A stretch of 64,000 nucleotides of DNA from a virus (Duplodnaviria > Caudoviricetes), in the IMG/VR virus record IMGVR_UViG_2824233761_000002, positions 7,054 through 71,053 of that record; one strand, 5' to 3'. Below are positions 9,529 to 17,872 of this stretch, one piece after another (position 1 is the stretch's first letter; every line of letters begins with the position of its first letter). Below the pieces are notes generated by a model. The model was not told where the DNA came from and made no database searches. It saw nothing but the letters and a program-made list of their open reading frames with translations. A program made the position numbers and the translations under genes.

Positions 9529-10092
9529 TCAGCGCGTCGCGTAGGCCAGCCCGAGCTTGCCCTCCACCGCTGTGCCACACGTCAGGTCCCGCCACAGCTG
9601 CTCCAGCGGGCCATGCAGCCTGTCCAACGGCTGGCGCTCGTCAAGCTCGACCACCCAGCGGTCGCCCTCGTCGAATCGCCTGAGCAGCCCGGCGTGACGT
9701 GCCCCCGGCGGCGGACACTGCCCCACGCAGGTGCACTCCGGCAGCGGGGCATCGGGGTTCTGGAAGCGCCACCCCAGCGAGACGCAGGACTCCTCGCGCG
9801 GGTCCAAGCACCACGGCATCACCGACCACCGCACGTCCACGTCACCCCGGTCCTCCAGCAGCCGCAGGTAGCGCTGCGTCTCGGCACACGCGGCCCGGAG
9901 CGCGTCCTCCCTGACCCCATAGTGTCCGTCGACGCCGGCCTGCACGTGCCGGTACGTCTGACCGCACCCGGCGCAACGCAAGGCGTCCCGATACAGCCAG
10001 ACGTACCCGCGCCCATGATCTCGCGCCTTCGCACTTCGGGCCGTCCCGCACGCCAGGCACATCGCCACCACCTCGACGATCTGCACGCTCAT
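9529..10092 (-). CDS. Hypothetical protein with N-terminal zinc ribbon
   Basis: CxxC...CxxC motifs; ATGA overlap with the upstream ORF. Confidence 0.55.
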   Translation of the reverse strand: MSVQIVEVVAMCLACGTARSAKARDHGRGYVWLYRDALRCAGCGQTYRHVQAGVDGHYGVREDALRAACAETQRYLRLLEDRGDVDVRWSVMPWCLDPREESCVSLGWRFQNPDAPLPECTCVGQCPPPGARHAGLLRRFDEGDRWVVELDERQPLDRLHGPLEQLWRDLTCGTAVEGKLGLAYATR

Positions 10093-10499
10093 GCCTGGGC
10101 CTCCAGACGCGCGATGACGCTAGGACGGCAGTTCGGGCAGACGTCAGCGGTGTCTGCCGCCGTCCGGATGCGAATCACTGCCCTCGGCTTCGGCCAGGCC
10201 CAGCGCCCGCAGAATGCGAGGTACTGCACCCCCATTTCACGGGCAACCGTGATACGTCCCACCGGCGCAGAGTGCAGCCAGGCGTCCGGCTCGACCATGT
10301 TGTCGGCGCCGGCAATATGGTCGGTGGTCTGCGGCTGCGCGGGCTTCCCCACCCGCGAGCCGCCCTGAGATGATTCGGTCACGATGTTGCCTCCTTGGAA
10401 GGCGATGTCGAGGCCCTCGGCTGGTGTTCCCGCACCACCGGGGGCCGCTCTTGCATGTTGACAAATCGAGACGCTACTACCGCCCTTGCAGTTTGACAA
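10089..10499 (-). CDS. Hypothetical Cys-containing protein (start uncertain, possibly 10298)
   Basis: ORF coupled to 9529-10092; FCG...CPNC motif. Confidence 0.4.
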   Translation of the reverse strand: MSNCKGGSSVSICQHARAAPGGAGTPAEGLDIAFQGGNIVTESSQGGSRVGKPAQPQTTDHIAGADNMVEPDAWLHSAPVGRITVAREMGVQYLAFCGRWAWPKPRAVIRIRTAADTADVCPNCRPSVIARLEAQA

Positions 10500-10513
10500 G
10501 TAGGATGGCGCTC

Positions 10514-10696
10514 ATGCCTGAACACCTGATGGGCGCGACCGAGATCGCGGAGTTGCTGGGCGTCACCAGACAGCGCGTGCAGCAGCTCGCCAAGACCGCC
10601 GGCTTCCCGGCGCCCTACGACGTCCTCACAATGGGAGCCGTCTGGCTCAAGGCCGACATCGAGCGCTGGGCGCGGGAGACGGGTCGGATCGAGTAG
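10514..10696 (+). CDS. AlpA/excisionase-like HTH protein
   Basis: LMGATEIAELLGVTRQRVQQLAKTAGFPAP...VWLKADIERW; TAGGAT -10 box 7 nt upstream (leaderless). Confidence 0.75.
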   Translation: MPEHLMGATEIAELLGVTRQRVQQLAKTAGFPAPYDVLTMGAVWLKADIERWARETGRIE

Positions 10697-10821
10697 GGCG
10701 GTCCGCAGACAGTCCGCAGGACACTCACCAACTGCCGTCAACCACAGTCACTCCCCATGCACCATCGATGCAGGTCAGAGCGGCGTTTGTGGCCAGATCA
10801 CGCTGGACGGAGCCCCTGCGT

Positions 10822-11580
10822 GCGGTCAACATCCGCAAGTTCGTGGTCCGCGCCGGCCGGCTCGGCGAGCTGGTCGAGCTGGGCAGCCTGACCCCCACCG
10901 CGGCGACGTTCCTCGAGGCGTCGGTGCGCGCCGGCCTCAACATCATCACCACCGGAGGAACGCAGGCCGGCAAGACGACCATGCTCAACTGCCTGGCGGC
11001 CGCGATCCCCGGCGGCGACCGGGTGGTGTCGGCCGAGGAGGTGTTCGAGCTGCGCTTCCCCCACCCCGACTGGGTCGCCCTGCAGACCCGGCAGTCCGGC
11101 CTGGAGGGCACCGGGGAGATCCGGCTGCGCGACCTGGTCAAGGAGAGCCTGCGGATGCGGCCGAGCCGGATCATCGTCGGCGAGGTCCGGGCCGAGGAGT
11201 GCCTCGACCTGCTGCTCGCGCTCAACGCCGGGCTGCCGGGCATGTGCACGATCCACGCCAACAGCGCCCGCGAGGCGCTGGTCAAGATGTGCACCTTGCC
11301 GCTGCTGGCCGGCGAGAACATCTCGGCCCGGTTCGTGGTGCCCACCGTCGCCGCGTCCGTCGACCTGGTCGTGCACCTGGGCGTCGACGAGCGCGGCGTA
11401 CGCCGGGTCGACGAGATCGTCGGGGTGCCGGGCCGGGTGGAGCAGCACGTGATCGAGACCGAGACGGTCTTCGAGCGCCGCGGCGGCGAGCTGCGGCGTA
11501 CCGGCGGGCTGCCTCCCCATCTGGAGCGGTACGAGCGGGCCGGCATCGACCTGCACCGGATCCTGGCCGGCGCGTCCTGA
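10822..11580 (+). pseudogene. tadA: TadA/CpaF pilus assembly ATPase, 3' fragment
   Basis: AVNIRKF, Walker A GGTQAGKTT, EEVFEL, LRMRPSRIIVGEVR, CTIHANS; N-terminal domain absent and replaced by phage DNA (ORF 10768-11580 begins in the prophage). Confidence 0.85.
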
Positions 11581-12431
11581 TGGGCGCGCTCGTCGGCCTC
11601 GGGGTGGGCATCGGCCTGCTGCTGGTCTGGAGTGCATTCTTCCTGCCGCGGCGCGGCCCCACCGCGCCCCGCGCCCGGCGGACCACCGACCTGCTGGCGC
11701 GCGCCGGGCTCGGCCAGGTGTCGGCGACCGGGTTCGTGCTGCTCTGCGCCGCGTGCGGGGTGGGCACGACCCTGGTGATGCAGGTCGTCTCCGGCACGCC
11801 GCCGGTGGCGCTCGCCTTCGGCGCGATGGGCGGCTGCCTGCCGGTCGCCGTGGTGTCCGGCCGCGCCCGGCGGCGCCAGCGCGAGCTCGCCGAGGTCTGG
11901 CCGGAGGCCGTCGACAACCTGACGTCGGCCGTGCGCGCGGGCATGTCGCTGCCCGACGCCCTGGCCGGGCTGGCGGTGCGCGGCCCGGTGCCGCTGCGGG
12001 CCGCCTTCGACCAGTTCGCGCTCGACTACCAGGTGACCGGCCGGTTCGGGGAGTCGCTCGACCGGCTCAAGGAGCGGCTCGCCGATCCCGTCGGCGACCG
12101 TGTCGTCGAGGGCCTCCGGGTCGCGCGCGAGGTCGGCGGCGGCGAGCTCGGCCGACTGCTGCGCAACCTCTCGACGTACCTGCGCGAGGACCTGCGCACC
12201 CGCTCCGAGATGGAGTCGCGCCAGGCCTGGACGGTCAACGGCGCCCGGCTGGCCGTCGCGTCGCCGTGGCTGGTGCTGCTGCTGATGTCGCTCCAGCACG
12301 ACGTGATCCGGCGCTACGCGTCGCCGGTCGGCGTGGTGGTCCTCGTGGTGGGCGCCGGCATCTGCCTGGTGGCCTACCGGCTGATGATGCGGATCGGCCG
12401 ACTGCCCGTCGAGCGACGGATCCTGTCGTGA
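11580..12431 (+). CDS. tadB: Tad pilus assembly protein TadB (T2SS F family)
   Basis: N-terminal TM; WPEAVDNLTSAVRAGMSLPDAL; two C-terminal TMs; coupled to tadA. Confidence 0.9.
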   Translation: MGALVGLGVGIGLLLVWSAFFLPRRGPTAPRARRTTDLLARAGLGQVSATGFVLLCAACGVGTTLVMQVVSGTPPVALAFGAMGGCLPVAVVSGRARRRQRELAEVWPEAVDNLTSAVRAGMSLPDALAGLAVRGPVPLRAAFDQFALDYQVTGRFGESLDRLKERLADPVGDRVVEGLRVAREVGGGELGRLLRNLSTYLREDLRTRSEMESRQAWTVNGARLAVASPWLVLLLMSLQHDVIRRYASPVGVVVLVVGAGICLVAYRLMMRIGRLPVERRILS

Positions 12432-13363
12432 CACCGGCCTGGTGGGGAGCCCTGCTCGGCGCGACCGCCGCCGGCGGGCTGCTGCTCGTCGCGGTCCGGG
12501 TCCGCGCCATCCGGCGCCCGCAGCTCGCGCACCGGGTGCTGCCCTACCTCCGCGACCTGCCCTCGCTCGACGGCGCCGGCGACCGGCCCGGACCCACGCC
12601 CGTGCCGGCCGCGGTCGGCGTCTTCGGCCCGCCCCTGCGCTCGGCGGCCGACGCGGTCGAGCGGGTACTCGGCGGTGCCACCGCCGTCGAACGCCGGCTG
12701 GCCCGGGCCGGCATCGACCGGTCGGTGCACGAGTTCCGGGTCGAGCAGGTCGTGTGGGGGCTGGTCGCCTTCGCGGCGACGGCGGCCCTCGCGCTGCTGC
12801 GCACCCTCACCGACCCCGGCAGCCTGCTGCTGTGGGTGGTCGCGTGCGCGATCGCGTTCGTGGCGGGGGTGCTCGCCCGCGACAGCCACCTGACTGGCCA
12901 GGTGCGCAGCCGCGAGCGGCGAATGCTCGCCGAGTTCCCGGCCGTCGCCGAGCTGTTGGCCCTCGCGGTCGCCGCCGGCGAGAGCCCGGTGATGGCGCTC
13001 GACCGCGTCGTACGACGCAGCGGCGGCGAGCTGTCCCGCGAGCTGGGCCGGGTGCTGGCCGCCGTGCGCACCGGCGAGCCGGTCGCGGCGGCCTTCGACG
13101 GGCTCGCCGCGCGCAGCGGGCTGCCGGTCGTCTCGCGCTTCGCCCAGGGTGTCGCGGTCGCCGTCGAGCGCGGCACCCCACTCGCCGATGTGCTGCACGC
13201 CCAGGCCGCCGACGTCCGCGAGGCCGGCCGCCGCGAGCTGATCGAGTCGGCCGCCCGGCGCGAGGTACTGATGATGACGCCCGTCGTCTTCCTGGTGCTG
13301 CCGGTGACCGTGATCTTCGCGTTCTGGCCCGGGGTGGTCGGGCTGTCGCTGACCACCCCCTGA
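12428..13363 (+). CDS. tadC: Tad pilus assembly protein TadC (T2SS F family)
   Basis: EFPAVAELLALAVAAGES; ERGTPLADVLHAQA; C-terminal TM; GTGA overlap with tadB. Confidence 0.9.
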   Translation: MTPAWWGALLGATAAGGLLLVAVRVRAIRRPQLAHRVLPYLRDLPSLDGAGDRPGPTPVPAAVGVFGPPLRSAADAVERVLGGATAVERRLARAGIDRSVHEFRVEQVVWGLVAFAATAALALLRTLTDPGSLLLWVVACAIAFVAGVLARDSHLTGQVRSRERRMLAEFPAVAELLALAVAAGESPVMALDRVVRRSGGELSRELGRVLAAVRTGEPVAAAFDGLAARSGLPVVSRFAQGVAVAVERGTPLADVLHAQAADVREAGRRELIESAARREVLMMTPVVFLVLPVTVIFAFWPGVVGLSLTTP

Positions 13364-13384
13364 CGTCCCACAAGGAGGAACCCG

Positions 13385-13492
13385 ATGAACGACCTGGTCC
13401 TGGCCCTGATGGCCCGGCTCTCCCCACGCGAGCGCGACGAGCGCGGCGACGTGCCGGGGTGGGTGATGATTTGTGTCGTGAACGGGCCCTGA
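13385..13492 (+). pseudogene. flp: Flp-type pilin gene, 5' fragment truncated by prophage 2
   Basis: RBS AGGAGG; MNDLVLALMARLSPRERDERG|DVPGWVMI (class III signal) then CVVNGP-stop in place of the hydrophobic helix. Confidence 0.75.
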
Positions 13493-13495
13493 TGC

Positions 13496-14995
13496 CTACC
13501 GCTCCCAGACGCCCTTCACCACAACGTCCGCGCGCGGCCGCCCCGTCCACACCCGCACCGGCCGGATCAAGTCACGCAGCACCTCCCGCCGGTGCTCCAC
13601 CGGCCGGTCATCCCACGACCCCAGCAGATCCTGCGCGATCCCCACCGGATCCGACGGCCCCCGCCGCGCCGACACCGCAGCGTCCTCATGCGCGGCCTGC
13701 AACTGATCCCGCTTCTCCACCAGGCCCGCCACCGTCTTGGCGTAGACCTCCGGCGGCAGCGGCGCCGACGCGTTCGACAGGGCCAGCTGCTGCAGCTCGG
13801 CATCGACGCGCGCGACAGCCCGGGCGAGTCGGTCCGCCTCCGACCTCGAGGCGGTGACGCGGGCCTCGGCAGCCAGGGCGACGTTGCGCCGCTCGTCGAC
13901 CTCGCCGGCGAGGTCGACGAGCCAGGCGTAGACCTTGTCCTCGACGTGCGACGCCATCACGTACCCGCCCTTGCACACGGCTGGGCCGATCTCCTTGCCG
14001 TTCTGGCACCGGTACTTGGGGACCCGATAGGCGCCGAACTGGCCGGCGACCATCGATCCTCCGCACCGACCGCAGCGGATCAACCCGGAGAGCAGGTACT
14101 GCGACCGGATCGTCCGGGCCGGCCTCGCAGCCCTGAGTCGCCGGGCGTCGAGGTATGCCTGCCACAGCTCTTGGTCGATGACGGGCTCGTGGACGCCAGG
14201 ATGCAGGGTCGGCTCGATCTTCCGGGCCCGGTCGCCGCCGGCGAGGAAGGACCCGGTCGCGAAGCCGGAGTCGAGGACGCGGCGCAGCGTACGGTCCGAC
14301 CACGGCCCGGGGTCCTTCTTCCCGTACCCACCGACGGTCAGGTGGCCATGAGCGTTGAGCCACCGCACCAGCTGGTAGACGGACTCGCCGGCGACGTAGC
14401 GGCGGTACATGTCCGCGAGGACGGGGGCGGTGACCGGATTAGGAACGTGGAGCTTCTTCTCGCGGTCGTAGACGTAGCCGAACCGATCTTTCCCGGTCGG
14501 CGGCCGGCCGGCGCGAACCCGTGAAGCGTGGACCTCCTTCCACACCTCCCCGATGCGCTCGGCCTCGAACGCCTGGAGCTCGGCGAGCATCCCGCGGGCG
14601 AGCCGGCCGCTCGAGGTGGTGGTGTCGAACTGCTCAGTGGCGGACTCGAGCCGGCCGCCGGCCTCTTCGACGCGGTCGATCGCGACGGCCCACCGGAGCC
14701 GGTGGCGTGCCGCGCGGGAGTACTTCCAGACGACGAGGACGTCGTACTCCCCCGCTTCGATGGCGGCGACGGCCTGGTCGAGGCGGGGCCACCAGGCGGA
14801 GCGGGCGCGGGATCCGGACTCGTCGATGCCTTCGAGCCAGCCGGCGATCTCGTAGCCGCGGGTGGCGGCATAGTCGATGATCGCGGTGCGCTGGACCTCC
14901 GGGGAGATCATCCCTTCACGTTCCTGGGAGACCCGCACGAGCCCGAGCGCCCTCGGTGGGGCTTCGGGGACGACGCGCAGCTGACGCCCGGTCAT
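13496..14995 (-). CDS. Large serine recombinase (integrase)
   Basis: LVRVSQ catalytic Ser; VWKYSRAAR; recombinase domain; LSGLIRCGRCG zinc ribbon; coiled coil. Confidence 0.95.
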   Translation of the reverse strand: MTGRQLRVVPEAPPRALGLVRVSQEREGMISPEVQRTAIIDYAATRGYEIAGWLEGIDESGSRARSAWWPRLDQAVAAIEAGEYDVLVVWKYSRAARHRLRWAVAIDRVEEAGGRLESATEQFDTTTSSGRLARGMLAELQAFEAERIGEVWKEVHASRVRAGRPPTGKDRFGYVYDREKKLHVPNPVTAPVLADMYRRYVAGESVYQLVRWLNAHGHLTVGGYGKKDPGPWSDRTLRRVLDSGFATGSFLAGGDRARKIEPTLHPGVHEPVIDQELWQAYLDARRLRAARPARTIRSQYLLSGLIRCGRCGGSMVAGQFGAYRVPKYRCQNGKEIGPAVCKGGYVMASHVEDKVYAWLVDLAGEVDERRNVALAAEARVTASRSEADRLARAVARVDAELQQLALSNASAPLPPEVYAKTVAGLVEKRDQLQAAHEDAAVSARRGPSDPVGIAQDLLGSWDDRPVEHRREVLRDLIRPVRVWTGRPRADVVVKGVWER

Positions 14996-15053
14996 TGCAG
15001 CGACGACGACCCGGCTACGGCGGATCGGTCCGCCACCCAACCCCGCGACCGAC

Positions 15054-15275
15054 TCATGCCGTCTCGTCCTCGTCGGCGGACTCGAACAGCCGATGGAGGT
15101 ACTCCTCGTGGTTGGCATACCGCATGCCGACGACCACGCCCTGCCCGATGATCCCGATGCCCCCGACGATGCTCGCGAGCACCAAGATGACGGTGCCGAT
15201 CGCTTGACCGTCCTCGGCTGCTGCGATGAGCCCACCGAGGATAGTCAGACCCACGCCAACGTAGATGTACGTCAT
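15054..15275 (-). CDS. Small two-TM membrane protein
   Basis: MTYIYVGVGLTILGGLIAA...VILVLASIVGGIGIIG; typical int-adjacent membrane gene. Confidence 0.6.
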   Translation of the reverse strand: MTYIYVGVGLTILGGLIAAAEDGQAIGTVILVLASIVGGIGIIGQGVVVGMRYANHEEYLHRLFESADEDETA

Positions 15276-15326
15276 CGGCGTCCCCGGCCTCGGCCGCAGG
15301 TCACCTGCTTCTCTCATTCCAGGCTC

Positions 15327-15791
15327 CTAGATGGTGATGGTCGCGAGCTGCTCGTCGAGGTACGCCCGCTCGCGGGGCGTGAGGGAGCTGAGCCGGACGG
15401 CGAGCGTGTCGTCGTCGACCCAGAGCTCCCAGGCTGCCTTCTCGTGGTCGGCCTGATGCCAGGCCAGCGCGTGCCCGATCCACCGGATGCTCGGCGCCAG
15501 GAGCCGGCCGACCTTGCGGTCGATGATCAGCTCCTCCCTCATCCGCCGATCCGGAGCGCACGGGCCCCGAACGATGTGCTGGGTCTCGTGGGCGATGGTG
15601 CACCGGCGCTCGGCCTCGTCGAGGCCGTTTGCGAGATACACCCGCCGCTCGTCGAAGCTGGTCAGCCCCCACTGCCCGTCCGGAAGGTCGTCGGTCCAGA
15701 CCAGCCGCCAGTCGCGGTAGGTCCCGAAGACGCGCCACGGATGGTGCCGGTGGCGGCGGGGATCGCGGAAGACGTGGATGGGGTCGACCAT
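15327..15791 (-). CDS. ImmA/IrrE-family zinc metallopeptidase (putative antirepressor)
   Basis: RRCTIAHETQH (HExxH) and E...DRKVGRLL; located between integrase and repressor. Confidence 0.85.
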   Translation of the reverse strand: MVDPIHVFRDPRRHRHHPWRVFGTYRDWRLVWTDDLPDGQWGLTSFDERRVYLANGLDEAERRCTIAHETQHIVRGPCAPDRRMREELIIDRKVGRLLAPSIRWIGHALAWHQADHEKAAWELWVDDDTLAVRLSSLTPRERAYLDEQLATITI

Positions 15792-15799
15792 GACCCGGG

Positions 15800-15821
15800 A
15801 CCGTAGAGCCGACCGCCGACA
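15800..15821 (-). promoter_or_regulatory. PafBC-type (RecA-NDp) DNA-damage promoter of the ImmA-like gene
   Basis: Minus strand TGTCGG-cggtcggctc-TACGGT, 8 nt before the ATG at 15791; exact TGTCGG-N10-TANNNT. Confidence 0.75.
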
Positions 15822-15837
15822 CTCGCTGTCCGGATGT

Positions 15838-16308
15838 CTAGCGGGGCTCCATGTCGTCGGGGTCGTCCGGTTCGGGCTCCCCCGCGCGTTCGGCGTTTCG
15901 CTGGCGCTGCTGGTTTTTCGAGACCTTCCCGGTCGTACGCGCGGCTGACCGTAGTCCGGTCAGTGCAGGCGCGCTGGTGGCGGCGGTGTCTCCACCGTGC
16001 TCACCCCTCTCCTCTGCTCGTCGGAGGATCTCCTTGATGAGCTCCACCTCGTCGAGTGAGCTGAGGGACGGCACCGCCGTCGGCCGCACCCGGGCCTCTT
16101 CCTCGGTCAGGAAGTCCGCCGCCACGAATGCCTCAAGGATCGGGCGGCCGTAGGCACGAGCGAACGCTGCCACCTGCTTGGCGTCCGGCGACTTGATGCC
16201 GCCGTTCTTCCATCGCGCGATCGACGGCTCAGTGACGCCGACCTTCTGCGCGATGACGCGGTTGACCTCGCCGCTGCTCCAGCGTGCGACGTACTCGCTC
16301 CAGCTCAC
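15838..16308 (-). CDS. Prophage immunity repressor (XRE HTH)
   Basis: NRVIAQKVGVTEPSIARWKNG; divergent from cro; TACGGT 6 nt upstream of the GTG (leaderless). Confidence 0.85.
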   Translation of the reverse strand: MSWSEYVARWSSGEVNRVIAQKVGVTEPSIARWKNGGIKSPDAKQVAAFARAYGRPILEAFVAADFLTEEEARVRPTAVPSLSSLDEVELIKEILRRAEERGEHGGDTAATSAPALTGLRSAARTTGKVSKNQQRQRNAERAGEPEPDDPDDMEPR

Positions 16309-16562
16309 GGCATGACCGTATTGCGGGTTCGGGGCGCATCCACGTCCCCAATCATGCCTTGCGTTGACGCAAGTGCGCAGGTGGCGGCATTACACGCGTG
16401 TCTTTCTGCACGTCAGGAGCCATTCGGGCTTGCGCAAGTGCCGCGTTGCCAAACCGTGACCTTCGTGTATTGCGTTCGCGCCAGTCTCGTGCGTATTGTT
16501 CACGCATTGCCGCAAGACAGCAGGTCAGCGGCCCAGACACGCAGAAGGAAGGAGGCGAGGTG
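16309..16562. promoter_or_regulatory. Divergent repressor/cro control region with operator-like repeats
   Basis: Palindrome TTGCGT-TG-ACGCAA at 16359-16372 plus several TTGCG/CGCAA half-sites; more AT-rich than flanks. Confidence 0.65.
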
Positions 16563-16799
16563 ATGACCGCCGTTCTCCGTCTCAAGCTCGACCAGCTCGG
16601 CAAGATCCGAGGCTGGACCGGGCTCAAGACGGACGCCGCGCTCGCCGCGGCCATGGGCATCGACGCGGGGAACCTCTCCCGCGTCCTCAAGGGCAAGCAG
16701 CAGCCCGGCCCCAAGTTCATCGCTGCCCTGTGCACGGCGCTCAAGGCCGACCTCGAGGACCTCTTCGAGATCGTCGACGACGCCGAGGACGTGGCGTGA
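16563..16799 (+). CDS. Cro-like HTH protein
   Basis: DAALAAAMGIDAGNLSRVLKGKQQPGPKFIAALC; RBS AGGAGG. Confidence 0.85.
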   Translation: MTAVLRLKLDQLGKIRGWTGLKTDAALAAAMGIDAGNLSRVLKGKQQPGPKFIAALCTALKADLEDLFEIVDDAEDVA

Positions 16800-16993
16800 T
16801 GCCGTCGCGTGAGGAGGCGATCGCGTCGGCCGGGGCGAAGCTCGCGGCCTCCGACATCGCCTGCGCGCAGATGACGCCGCGCGAGCAGGCCGAGGCCGCC
16901 TGGACCCCGACGTCGCCGTACTCGGTGGACGAGATCGAGGACCGCATTCGTGCCCGCCGCGGGATGGCGCCGGTCCACCGGAAGGCGTCCTGA
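16799..16993 (+). CDS. Hypothetical phage protein
   Basis: TGATG coupling to cro; 64 aa. Confidence 0.6.
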   Translation: MPSREEAIASAGAKLAASDIACAQMTPREQAEAAWTPTSPYSVDEIEDRIRARRGMAPVHRKAS

Positions 16994-17069
16994 CCCACCC
17001 CTAGAAAGCCGCAGGGCCCCGTCGCTGCCGAGCGAAGACCGGGACCCCACGAACGAGAGGAATCCTCGC

Positions 17070-17531
17070 ATGAGCGAGACCAGCACCACCATCACCCAGG
17101 CCGCGGCGTTGCGCGCCGCCGCCGACTTCATCGACACCCACCCCGGGCTCCCCCTGCCCTTCGCCACGTCGTACTCCACCGGTCGCGTGAAGCTCAACTA
17201 CTTCCTGCACATCAACGACTTCGGCGGCCTCGCCGAGCAGAAGGCCACGGCCGCCGCGATCGTGCGAGCAGTCGGCGGGGACTGGGACAAGCAGCCCTGG
17301 GGCGACGAGTTCCGCTTCACCGCCAGCCTCGACGCCCTCACCTTCGAGGTGCAGGTGAAGCGCGAGGCCGTCTGCGAGCGGGTCGTCACCGGGACCGAGA
17401 CGGTCACCGTCCCGGCCGTCGAGGCCCAGGAGGCGCAGCCGGAGCGGACCGAGGTCGTGGAGGTCGTGGAGTGGCACTGCCAGCCGCTGCTCGCCGACGA
17501 GCCGGTCGACGCTGAGGCGGTGTCGTCGTGA
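17070..17531 (+). CDS. Hypothetical phage protein
   Basis: RBS GAGAGG; GC3-rich codons. Confidence 0.65.
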   Translation: MSETSTTITQAAALRAAADFIDTHPGLPLPFATSYSTGRVKLNYFLHINDFGGLAEQKATAAAIVRAVGGDWDKQPWGDEFRFTASLDALTFEVQVKREAVCERVVTGTETVTVPAVEAQEAQPERTEVVEVVEWHCQPLLADEPVDAEAVSS

Positions 17532-17872
17532 GCGCGCGTCGTACGCCGGTGCCCACGATCGCGTTCCTCGCGGTCGCCCAGCACGCCGCCGACCACGCAC
17601 TGCCCTTCCACGGCATCGACACCCCCATCACCCCGGGCGGCCCGTTCGTGGTCAAGGTCGCCGCCGACGACATGGAGGCCTGGCTCGACACCCTCACCGA
17701 CCTCTCCCCCGGCGTGACCAAGCCGGTCGGCGACGGCCCGGCTGCGGTGCTGCGTCACCGCGGTGTCGTCCCTGGCGCGATCGGCGGCGTGCCGGTCGAG
17801 GTCCTCTGCATCCTCCGCCGTCCCGCTCCCCAGGCGGCTGGGCTGCGGCTGCTGGTCGGGAGCGCGTCGTGA
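17528..17872 (+). CDS. Hypothetical phage protein
   Basis: GTGA overlaps on both sides. Confidence 0.6.
   Translation: MSARRTPVPTIAFLAVAQHAADHALPFHGIDTPITPGGPFVVKVAADDMEAWLDTLTDLSPGVTKPVGDGPAAVLRHRGVVPGAIGGVPVEVLCILRRPAPQAAGLRLLVGSAS

Larger units (their letters stand above)
1..10820. mobile_element. Prophage 1 (siphovirus-like), right arm only; probably defective
   Basis: Contiguous capsid-neck-tail-TMP-minor tail genes on +; phage-like DNA ends where host TadA-like sequence (AVNIRKF) resumes at ~10822; left part is outside the window. Confidence 0.9.

Noticed and set aside
10301-10321. TGTCGG followed by TATGGT
   Set aside because: Spacer is 9 nt rather than 10, and it lies inside an opposite-strand ORF with no start codon positioned downstream
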